From positions 370,884,001 to 370,948,000 of the forward strand of contig OZ024742.1 in assembly GCA_964016885.1 (NCBI GenBank): a stretch of DNA of 64,000 nt, read 5' to 3'. This DNA comes from Eledone cirrhosa (taxonomy: Eukaryota). The notes beneath the pieces were generated by a model. It did no database searches. It was not told the DNA's origin and saw only the letters and a list, made by a program, of their open reading frames with translations. Within the stretch, counting starts at the first letter, position 1; the number at the start of each line of letters is the position of its first letter. Below, in pieces: positions 1-11,001 of the stretch. The translations under genes and the position numbers were made by a program.

Positions 1-821
1 TGTTAGACAGTGTCACCTTAGCTGAGCAATGAAAACACACATATGGCCTTCAGCAGTGTGTTAGACAGTGTCACCTTAGCTGAGCAATGAAAACACACAT
101 CTGGCCTTCAGCAGTGTGTTAGACAGTGTCACCTTAGCTGAGCAATGAAAACACACCTCTGGCCTTCAGCAGTGTGTTAGACAGTGTCACCTTAGCTGAG
201 CAATGAAAACACACATCTGGCCTTCAGCAGTGTGTTAGAGAGTGTCACCTTAGCTGAGCAATGAAAACACACCTCTGGCCTTCAGCAGTGTGTTAGACAG
301 TGTCACCTTAGCTGAGCAATGAAAACAAAACCTCTGGCCTTCAGCAGTGTGTTAGACAGTGTCACCTTAGCTGAGCAATGAAAACACACCTCTGGCCTTC
401 AGCAGTGTGTTAGACAGTGTCACCTTAGCTGAGCAATGAAAACACACATCTGGTCTTCAGCAGTGTGTTAGACAGTGTCAACTTACCTGAGCAGTGAAAA
501 CACACATCTGGCCTTCAGCAGTGTGTTAGACTGTGTCACCTTAGCTGAGCAATGAAAACACACATCTGGCCTTCAGCAGTGTGTTAGACAGTGTCCCCTT
601 AGCTGAGCAATGAAAGAACACCTCTGGCCTTCAGCAGTTTGCTAGACAGTGTCACCTTAGCTGAGCAATGAAAACACACATCTGGCCTTCAGCAGTGTGT
701 TAGACAGTGTCACCTTAGCTGAGCAATGAAAACACACATCTGGTCTTCAGCAGTGTGTTAGGCAGTGTCACCTTAGCTGAGCAATGAAAACACGCCTCTG
801 GCCTTCAGCTGTGTGTTAGAG

Positions 822-3800
822 AGTGTCACCTTAGCTGAGCAATGAAAACACGCCTCTGGCCTTCAGCTGTGTGTTAGACAGTGTCACCTTAGCTGAGCAA
901 TGAAAACACACCTCTGGCCTTCAGCAGTGTGTTAGACAGTGTCACCTTAGCTGAGCAATTAAAACACACCTCTGGGCTTCAGCAGTGTGTTAGACAGTGT
1001 CACCTTAGCTGAGCAATGAAAACACACATCTCGTCTTCAGCAGTGTGTTAGACAGTGTCACCTGAGCTGAGCAATGAAAACACACATATGGCCTTGAGCA
1101 GTGTGTTAGACAGTGTCACCTTAGCTGAGCAATGAAAATACACATCTGGTCTTCAGCAGTGTGTTAGACAGTGTCACCTTAGCTGGGCAATGAAAACACG
1201 CCTCTGGCCTTCAGCTGTGTGTTAGAAAGTGTCACCTTAGCTGAGCAATGAAAACACACATATGGCCTTCAGCAGTGTGTTAGACAGTGTCACCTTAGCT
1301 GAGCAATGAAAACACACATATGGCCTTCAGCAGTATGTTAGACAGTGTCACCTTAGCTGAGCAATGAAAACACACATATGGCCTTCAGCAGTATGTTAGA
1401 CAGTGTCACCTTAGCTGAGCAATGAAAACACGCCTCTGGCCTTCAGCAGTGTGTTAGACAGTGTCACCTTAGCTGAGCAATGAAAACACACCTCTGGCCT
1501 TCAGCAGTGTGTTAGAGAGTGTCACCTTAGCTGAGCAATGAAAACACGCCTCTGGCCTTCAGCAGTGTGTTAGACAGTGTCACCTTAGCTGAGCAATGAA
1601 AACATACCTCTGGTCTTCAGCAGTTTGTTAGACAGAGTCAGCTTAGCTGAGCAATGAAAACACACATATGGCCTTCAGCAGTGTGTTAGACAGTGTCACC
1701 TTAGCTGAGCAATGAAAACACACCTCTGGCCTTCAGCAGTGAGCTAGACAGTGTCACCTCAGCTAAGCAATAAAAGCACACATCTGGCCTTCATCAGTGT
1801 GTTAGACAGTGTCACCTTACCTGAGCAATGAAAACACACATCTGGCCTTCAGCAGTTTGCTAGACAGTTTCACCTTAGCTGAGCAATGAAAACACACATC
1901 TGGCCTACAGCAGTGTGTTAGATAGTGTCACCTTAGCTGAGCAATGAAAACACACCTCTGGCCTTGAGCAGTGTGTTAGAGAGTGTCACCTTAGCTGAGC
2001 AATAAAAGCACACATATGGCCTTCAGCAGTGTGTTAGACAGTGTCACCTTAGCTGAGCAATGAAAACACACATCTGACCTCCAGCAGTGTGTTAGACAGT
2101 TTCACCTTAGCTGAGCAATGACAACACACATATAGCCTTCAGCAGTTTGCTAGACAGTGTCACCTTAGCTGAGCAATGAAATCACACCTCTGGCCTTCAG
2201 CAGTGTGTTAGACAGTGTCACCTTAGCTGAGCAATGAAAACGCACCTCTGGGCTTCAGCAGTGTGTTAGACAGTGTCACCTTAGCTGAGCAATGAAAACA
2301 CACCTCTGGGCTTCAGCAGTGTGTTAGACAGTGTCACCTTAGCTGAGCAATGAAAACGCACCTCTGGCCTTCAGCAGTGTGTTAGACAGTGTCACCTGAG
2401 CTGAGCAATGAAAACACACCTCTGGCCTTCAGTTGTGTGTTAGACAGTGTCACCTTAGCTGAGCAATGAAAACACACCTCTGGCCTTCAGCAGTGTGTTA
2501 GACAGTGTCACCTTAGCTGAGCAATGAAAACGCACCTCTGGGCTTCAGCAGTGTGTTAGACAGTGTCACCTTAGCTGAGCAATGAAAACACACCTCTGGC
2601 CTTCAGCAGTGTGTTAGACAGTGTCACCTTAGCTGAGCAATGAAAACGCACCTCTGGGCTTCAGCAGTGTGTTAGACAGTGTCACCTTAGCTGAGCAATG
2701 AAAACGCACCTCTGGGCTTCAGCAGTGTGTTAGACAGTGTTACCTTAGCTGAGCAATGAAAACACACCTCTGGCCTTCAGCAGTGTGTTAGACAGTGTCA
2801 CCTTAGCTGAGCAATGAAAACACACCTCTGGGCATCAGCAGTGTGTTAGACAGTCTTACCTTAGCTGAGCAATGAAAACACACCTCTGGGCTTCAGCAGT
2901 GTGTTAGACAGTGTCACCTGAGCTGAGCAATGAAAACACACATATGACCTTGAGCAGTGTGTTAGACAGTGTCCCCTTAGCTGAGCAATGAAAACACACC
3001 TCTGGCCTTCAGCAGTTTGCTAGACAGTGTCACCTTAGCTGAGCAATGAAAACACACATCTGGCCTTCAGCAGTGTGTTAGACAATGTCACCTTAGCTGA
3101 GCAATGAAAACACGCCACTGGCCTTCAGCAGTGTGTTAGACAGTGTCACCTTAGCTGAGCAATGAAAACACACCTCTGGCCTTCAGCAGTGTGTTAGAGA
3201 GTATCACCTTAGCTGAGCAATAAAAGCACACATATGGCCTTCAGCAGTGTGTTAGACAGTGTCACCTTAGCTGAGCAATAAAAGCACACATATGGCCTTC
3301 AGCAGTGTGTTAGACAGTGTCACCTGAGCTGAGCAATGAAAACACGCCTCTGGCCTTCAGCATTATGCTAGACAGTGTCACCTTAGCTGAGCAATGAAAA
3401 CACACCTCTAGCCTTCAGCAGTTTGCTAGACAGTGTCAGCTTAGCTGAACAATGAAAACACACATCTGGCCTTTAGCAGTGTGTTAGACAGTGTCACCTT
3501 AGCTGAGCAATGAAAACACACATCTGGTCTTCAGCAGTGTGTTAGACAGTGTCACCTTAGCTGAGCAATGAAAACACAAATCTGGCCTTCAGCAGTTTGC
3601 TAGACAGTGTCACCTTAGCTGAGCAATGAAATCACACCTCTGGCCTTCAGCAGTGTGTTAGACAGTGTCACCTTAGCTGAGCAATGAAAACGCACCTCTG
3701 GGCTTCAGCAGTGTGTTAGACAGTGTCACCTTAGCTGAGCAATGAAAACACACCTCTGGGCTTCAGCAGTGTGTTAGACAGTGTCACCTTAGCTGAGCAA

Positions 3801-6800
3801 TGAAAACGCACCTCTGGCCTTCAGCAGTGTGTTAGACAGTGTCACCTGAGCTGAGCAATGAAAACACACCTCTGGCCTTCAGTTGTGTGTTAGACAGTGT
3901 CACCTTAGCTGAGCAATGAAAACACACCTCTGGCCTTCAGCAGTGTGTTAGACAGTGTCACCTTAGCTGAGCAATGAAAACGCACCTCTGGGCTTCAGCA
4001 GTGTGTTAGACAGTGTCACCTTAGCTGAGCAATGAAAACACACCTCTGGCCTTCAGCAGTGTGTTAGACAGTGTCACCTTAGCTGAGCAATGAAAACGCA
4101 CCTCTGGGCTTCAGCAGTGTGTTAGACAGTGTCACCTTAGCTGAGCAATGAAAACGCACCTCTGGGCTTCAGCAGTGTGTTAGACAGTGTTACCTTAGCT
4201 GAGCAATGAAAACACACCTCTGGCCTTCAGCAGTGTGTTAGACAGTGTCACCTTAGCTGAGCAATGAAAACACACCTCTGGGCATCAGCAGTGTGTTAGA
4301 CAGTCTTACCTTAGCTGAGCAATGAAAACACACCTCTGGGCTTCAGCAGTGTGTTAGACAGTGTCACCTGAGCTGAGCAATGAAAACACACATATGACCT
4401 TGAGCAGTGTGTTAGACAGTGTCCCCTTAGCTGAGCAATGAAAACACACCTCTGGCCTTCAGCAGTTTGCTAGACAGTGTCACCTTAGCTGAGCAATGAA
4501 AACACACATCTGGCCTTCAGCAGTGTGTTAGACAATGTCACCTTAGCTGAGCAATGAAAACACGCCACTGGCCTTCAGCAGTGTGTTAGACAGTGTCACC
4601 TTAGCTGAGCAATGAAAACACACCTCTGGCCTTCAGCAGTGTGTTAGAGAGTATCACCTTAGCTGAGCAATAAAAGCACACATATGGCCTTCAGCAGTGT
4701 GTTAGACAGTGTCACCTTAGCTGAGCAATAAAAGCACACATATGGCCTTCAGCAGTGTGTTAGACAGTGTCACCTGAGCTGAGCAATGAAAACACGCCTC
4801 TGGCCTTCAGCATTATGCTAGACAGTGTCACCTTAGCTGAGCAATGAAAACACACCTCTAGCCTTCAGCAGTTTGCTAGACAGTGTCAGCTTAGCTGAAC
4901 AATGAAAACACACATCTGGCCTTTAGCAGTGTGTTAGACAGTGTCACCTTAGCTGAGCAATGAAAACACACATCTGGTCTTCAGCAGTGTGTTAGACAGT
5001 GTCACCTTAGCTGAGCAATGAAAACACAAATCTGGCCTTCAGCCGTATGCTAGACAGTGTCACCTTAGCTGAGTAATTAAAACACACATCTGGCCTTCAG
5101 CAGTGTGTTAGACAGTGTCACCTGAGCTGAGCAATGAAAACACACCTCTGGCCTTCAGCAGTTTGCTAGACAGTGTCACCTTAGCTGAGCAATGAAAACA
5201 CACATCTGGCCTTCAGCAGTGTGTTAGACAGTGTCACCTTAGCTGAGCAATGAAAACACACATCTGGTCTTCAGCAGTGTGTTAGGCAGTGTCACCTTAG
5301 CTGAGCAATGAAAACAGGCCTCTGGTTTTCAGCTGTGTGTTAGACAGTGTCACCTTAGCTGAGCAATGAAAACACGCCTCTGGCCTTCAGCTGTGTGTTA
5401 GACAGTGTCACCTTAGCTGAGCAATGAAAACACACCTCTGGCCTTCAGCAGTATGTTAGACAGTGTCACCTTAGCTGAGCAATTAAAACACACCTCTGGG
5501 CTTCAGCAGTGTGTTAGACAGTGTCACCTTAGCTGAGCAATGAAAACACACATCATGTTTTCAGCAGTGTGTTAGACAGTGTCACCTGAGCTGAGCAATG
5601 AAAACACACATATGGCCTTGAGCAGTGTGTTAGACAGTGTCACCTTAGCTGAGCAATGAAAACACACATCTGGTCTTCAGCAGTGTGTTAGACAGTGTCA
5701 CCTTAGCTGGGCAATGAAAACAAGCCTCTGGCCTTCAGCTGTGTGTTAGAAAGTGTCACCTTAGCTGAGCAATGAAAACACACATATGGCCTTCAGCAGT
5801 GTGTTAGACAGTGTCACCTTAGCTGAGCAATGAAAACACACATATGGCCTTCAGCAGTATGTTAAACAGTGTCACCTTAGCTGAGCAATGAAAACACGCC
5901 TCTGGCCTTCAGCAGTGTGTTAGACAGTGTCACCTTAGCTGAGCAATGAAAACACACATCTGGCCATAAGCAGTGTATTAGACAGTGTCACCTTAGCTGA
6001 GTAATGAAAACACGCCACTGGCCTTCAGCAGTGTGTTAGACAGTGTCACCTTAGCTGAGCAATGAAAACACACCTCTGGCCTTCAGCAGTGTGTTAGAGA
6101 GTGTCACCTTAGCTGAGCAATAAAAGCACACATATGGCCTTCAGCAGTGTGTTAGACAGTGTCACCTTAGCTGAGCAATGAAAACACACATCTGGCCTTC
6201 AGCAGTGTGTTAGACAGTGTCACCTTAGCTGAGCAATGACAACACACCTCTGGCCTTCAGCAGTGTGTTAGACAGTGTCACCTTAGCTGAGCAATGACAA
6301 CACACCTCTGGCCTTCAGCAATGTGTTAGACAGTGTCACCTTAGCTGAGCAATGAAAACACACATCTGGCCTTCAGCAGTGTGTTAGACAGTGTCACCTT
6401 AGCTGAGCAATGAAAACACACATCTGGCCTTCAGCAGTGTGTTAGACAGTGTCACCTGAGCTGAGCAATGAAAACACACCTCTGGCCTTCAGCATTGTGC
6501 TAGACAGTGTCACCTTAGCTGAGCAATGACAACACACCTCTAGCCTTCAGCAGTGTGTTAGACAGTGTCACCTTAGCTGAGCAATGAAAACACACATCTG
6601 GCCTTCAGCATTGTGCTAGACAGTGTCACCTTAGCTGAGCAATGAAAACACGCCTCTGGCCTTCAGCTGTGTGTTAGACAGTGTCACCTTAGCTGAGCAA
6701 TGAAAACACACCTCTGGCCTTCAGCAGTGTGTTAGACAGTGTCACCTTAGCTGAGCAATTAAAACACACCTCTGGGCTTCAGCAGTGTGTTAGACAGTGT

Positions 6801-9800
6801 CACCTTAGCTGAGCAATGAAAACACACATCTCGTCTTCAGCAGTGTGTTAGACAGTGTCACCTGAGCTGAGCAATGAAAACACACATATGGCCTTGAGCA
6901 GTGTGTTAGACAGTGTCACCTTAGCTGAGCAATGAAAATACACATCTGGTCTTCAGCAGTGTGTTAGACAGTGTCACCTTAGCTGGGCAATGAAAACACG
7001 CCTCTGGCCTTCAGCTGTGTGTTAGAAAGTGTCACCTTAGCTGAGCAATGAAAACACACATATGGCCTTCAGCAGTGTGTTAGACAGTGTCACCTTAGCT
7101 GAGCAATGAAAACACACATATGGCCTTCAGCAGTATGTTAGACAGTGTCACCTTAGCTGAGCAATGAAAACACACATATGGCCTTCAGCAGTATGTTAGA
7201 CAGTGTCACCTTAGCTGAGCAATGAAAACACGCCTCTGGCCTTCAGCAGTGTGTTAGACAGTGTCACCTTAGCTGAGCAATGAAAACACACCTCTGGCCT
7301 TCAGCAGTGTGTTAGAGAGTGTCACCTTAGCTGAGCAATGAAAACACGCCTCTGGCCTTCAGCAGTGTGTTAGACAGTGTCACCTTAGCTGAGCAATGAA
7401 AACATACCTCTGGTCTTCAGCAGTTTGTTAGACAGAGTCAGCTTAGCTGAGCAATGAAAACACACATATGGCCTTCAGCAGTGTGTTAGACAGTGTCACC
7501 TTAGCTGAGCAATGAAAACACACCTCTGGCCTTCAGCAGTGAGCTAGACAGTGTCACCTCAGCTAAGCAATAAAAGCACACATCTGGCCTTCATCAGTGT
7601 GTTAGACAGTGTCACCTTACCTGAGCAATGAAAACACACATCTGGCCTTCAGCAGTTTGCTAGACAGTTTCACCTTAGCTGAGCAATGAAAACACACATC
7701 TGGCCTACAGCAGTGTGTTAGATAGTGTCACCTTAGCTGAGCAATGAAAACACACCTCTGGCCTTGAGCAGTGTGTTAGAGAGTGTCACCTTAGCTGAGC
7801 AATAAAAGCACACATATGGCCTTCAGCAGTGTGTTAGACAGTGTCACCTTAGCTGAGCAATGAAAACACACATCTGACCTCCAGCAGTGTGTTAGACAGT
7901 TTCACCTTAGCTGAGCAATGACAACACACATATAGCCTTCAGCAGTTTGCTAGACAGTGTCACCTTAGCTGAGCAATGAAATCACACCTCTGGCCTTCAG
8001 CAGTGTGTTAGACAGTGTCACCTTAGCTGAGCAATGAAAACGCACCTCTGGGCTTCAGCAGTGTGTTAGACAGTGTCACCTTAGCTGAGCAATGAAAACA
8101 CACCTCTGGGCTTCAGCAGTGTGTTAGACAGTGTCACCTTAGCTGAGCAATGAAAACGCACCTCTGGCCTTCAGCAGTGTGTTAGACAGTGTCACCTGAG
8201 CTGAGCAATGAAAACACACCTCTGGCCTTCAGTTGTGTGTTAGATAGTGTCACCTTAGCTGAGCAATGAAAACACACCTCTGGCCTTCAGCAGTGTGTTA
8301 GACAGTGTCACCTTAGCTGAGCAATGAAAACGCACCTCTGGGCTTCAGCAGTGTGTTAGACAGTGTCACCTTAGCTGAGCAATGAAAACACACCTCTGGC
8401 CTTCAGCAGTGTGTTAGACAGTGTCACCTTAGCTGAGCAATGAAAACGCACCTCTGGGCTTCAGCAGTGTGTTAGACAGTGTCACCTTAGCTGAGCAATG
8501 AAAACGCACCTCTGGGCTTCAGCAGTGTGTTAGACAGTGTTACCTTAGCTGAGCAATGAAAACACACCTCTGGCCTTCAGCAGTGTGTTAGACAGTGTCA
8601 CCTTAGCTGAGCAATGAAAACACACCTCTGGGCATCAGCAGTGTGTTAGACAGTCTTACCTTAGCTGAGCAATGAAAACACACCTCTGGGCTTCAGCAGT
8701 GTGTTAGACAGTGTCACCTGAGCTGAGCAATGAAAACACACATATGACCTTGAGCAGTGTGTTAGACAGTGTCCCCTTAGCTGAGCAATGAAAACACACC
8801 TCTGGCCTTCAGCAGTTTGCTAGACAGTGTCACCTTAGCTGAGCAATGAAAACACACATCTGGCCTTCAGCAGTGTGTTAGACAATGTCACCTTAGCTGA
8901 GCAATGAAAACACGCCACTGGCCTTCAGCAGTGTGTTAGACAGTGTCACCTTAGCTGAGCAATGAAAACACACCTCTGGCCTTCAGCAGTGTGTTAGAGA
9001 GTATCACCTTAGCTGAGCAATAAAAGCACACATATGGCCTTCAGCAGTGTGTTAGACAGTGTCACCTTAGCTGAGCAATAAAAGCACACATATGGCCTTC
9101 AGCAGTGTGTTAGACAGTGTCACCTGAGCTGAGCAATGAAAACACGCCTCTGGCCTTCAGCATTATGCTAGACAGTGTCACCTTAGCTGAGCAATGAAAA
9201 CACACCTCTAGCCTTCAGCAGTTTGCTAGACAGTGTCAGCTTAGCTGAACAATGAAAACACACATCTGGCCTTTAGCAGTGTGTTAGACAGTGTCACCTT
9301 AGCTGAGCAATGAAAACACACATCTGGTCTTCAGCAGTGTGTTAGACAGTGTCACCTTAGCTGAGCAATGAAAACACAAATCTGGCCTTCAGCCGTATGC
9401 TAGACAGTGTCACCTTAGCTGAGTAATTAAAACACACATCTGGCCTTCAGCAGTGTGTTAGACAGTGTCACCTGAGCTGAGCAATGAAAACACACCTCTG
9501 GCCTTCAGCAGTTTGCTAGACAGTGTCACCTTAGCTGAGCAATGAAAACACACATCTGGCCTTCAGCAGTGTGTTAGACAGTGTCACCTTAGCTGAGCAA
9601 TGAAAACACACATCTGGTCTTCAGCAGTGTGTTAGGCAGTGTCACCTTAGCTGAGCAATGAAAACAGGCCTCTGGTTTTCAGCTGTGTGTTAGACAGTGT
9701 CACCTTAGCTGAGCAATGAAAACACGCCTCTGGCCTTCAGCTGTGTGTTAGACAGTGTCACCTTAGCTGAGCAATGAAAACACACCTCTGGCCTTCAGCA

Positions 9801-11001
9801 GTATGTTAGACAGTGTCACCTTAGCTGAGCAATTAAAACACACCTCTGGGCTTCAGCAGTGTGTTAGACAGTGTCACCTTAGCTGAGCAATGAAAACACA
9901 CATCATGTTTTCAGCAGTGTGTTAGACAGTGTCACCTGAGCTGAGCAATGAAAACACACATATGGCCTTGAGCAGTGTGTTAGACAGTGTCACCTTAGCT
10001 GAGCAATGAAAACACACATCTGGTCTTCAGCAGTGTGTTAGACAGTGTCACCTTAGCTGGGCAATGAAAACAAGCCTCTGGCCTTCAGCTGTGTGTTAGA
10101 AAGTGTCACCTTAGCTGAGCAATGAAAACACACATATGGCCTTCAGCAGTGTGTTAGACAGTGTCACCTTAGCTGAGCAATGAAAACACACATATGGCCT
10201 TCAGCAGTATGTTAAACAGTGTCACCTTAGCTGAGCAATGAAAACACGCCTCTGGCCTTCAGCAGTGTGTTAGACAGTGTCACCTTAGCTGAGCAATGAA
10301 AACACACATCTGGCCATAAGCAGTGTATTAGACAGTGTCACCTTAGCTGAGTAATGAAAACACGCCACTGGCCTTCAGCAGTGTGTTAGACAGTGTCACC
10401 TTAGCTGAGCAATGAAAACACACCTCTGGCCTTCAGCAGTGTGTTAGAGAGTGTCACCTTAGCTGAGCAATAAAAGCACACATATGGCCTTCAGCAGTGT
10501 GTTAGACAGTGTCACCTTAGCTGAGCAATGAAAACACACATCTGGCCTTCAGCAGTGTGTTAGACAGTGTCACCTTAGCTGAGCAATGACAACACACCTC
10601 TGGCCTTCAGCAGTGTGTTAGACAGTGTCACCTTAGCTGAGCAATGACAACACACCTCTGGCCTTCAGCAATGTGTTAGACAGTGTCACCTTAGCTGAGC
10701 AATGAAAACACACATCTGGCCTTCAGCAGTGTGTTAGACAGTGTCACCTTAGCTGAGCAATGAAAACACACATCTGGCCTTCAGCAGTGTGTTAGACAGT
10801 GTCACCTGAGCTGAGCAATGAAAACACACCTCTGGCCTTCAGCATTGTGCTAGACAGTGTCACCTTAGCTGAGCAATGACAACACACCTCTAGCCTTCAG
10901 CAGTGTGTTAGACAGTGTCACCTTAGCTGAGCAATGAAAACACACATCTGGCCTTCAGCATTGTGCTAGACAGTGTCACCTTAGCTGAGCAATGAAAACA
11001 C
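822..11001 (+). repeat. Higher-order tandem duplication of a 75-monomer (4,350-bp) block; the first copy is extended by an internal 25-mer duplication
   Basis: Rare variants recur at fixed offsets: TCGTCTTCAG at 1031 and 6831 (5,800 = 100 x 58), CATCATGTTT at 5551 and 9901 (4,350 = 75 x 58), ATCACACCTC at 2181, 3631 and 7981. Confidence 0.92.
2135..5043 (+). repeat. Tandem duplication of a 25-monomer (1,450-bp) block
   Basis: ATCACACCTC at 2181/3631, CAGTCTTACC at 2851/4301 and AAAACACAAA at 3571/5021 are all offset by 1,450 bp. I saw no differences between the copies. Confidence 0.93.

Noticed and set aside
6-45. V(D)J recombination signal (GACAGTG resembles the CACAGTG heptamer)
   Set aside because: The essential 5' CAC is missing, there is no nonamer at 12 or 23 bp spacing, and there are no gene segments.
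34-62. Wobble-preserving variants (ACACGC, ACGCAC, ACATAC) as evidence of RNA structure selection
   Set aside because: The 5' arm contains only A and C, so any transition there gives a G-U pair automatically. Stem-breaking variants in the 3' arm are also common, and I saw no true compensatory pairs.
22-71. Satellite-encoded hammerhead ribozyme: CTGA-N-CA-AT-GAAA followed by a stem closing on TTA resembles CUGANGA...GAAA-stem III-UH, and hammerheads are known in newt, schistosome and cave-cricket satellites
   Set aside because: G8 is C, so the C3-G8 pair is lost. There is no stem II, and the flanks (CCTTAG and GACAG) cannot pair as stem I. The minus strand has CTGAAG(G/A) but no GAAA. An Infernal search with the Rfam hammerhead models or an in vitro cleavage assay would settle it.
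1-75. Iron-responsive elements (CAGTGT twice per monomer)
   Set aside because: The flanking five bases cannot form the required upper stem in either instance.
26-85. Tandem C/D-box snoRNA cluster (ATGA...CTGA per unit)
   Set aside because: The putative C box ATGAAAA lacks the terminal GA of RUGAUGA needed for the kink-turn. The unit is short, with no spacer or host-intron context.
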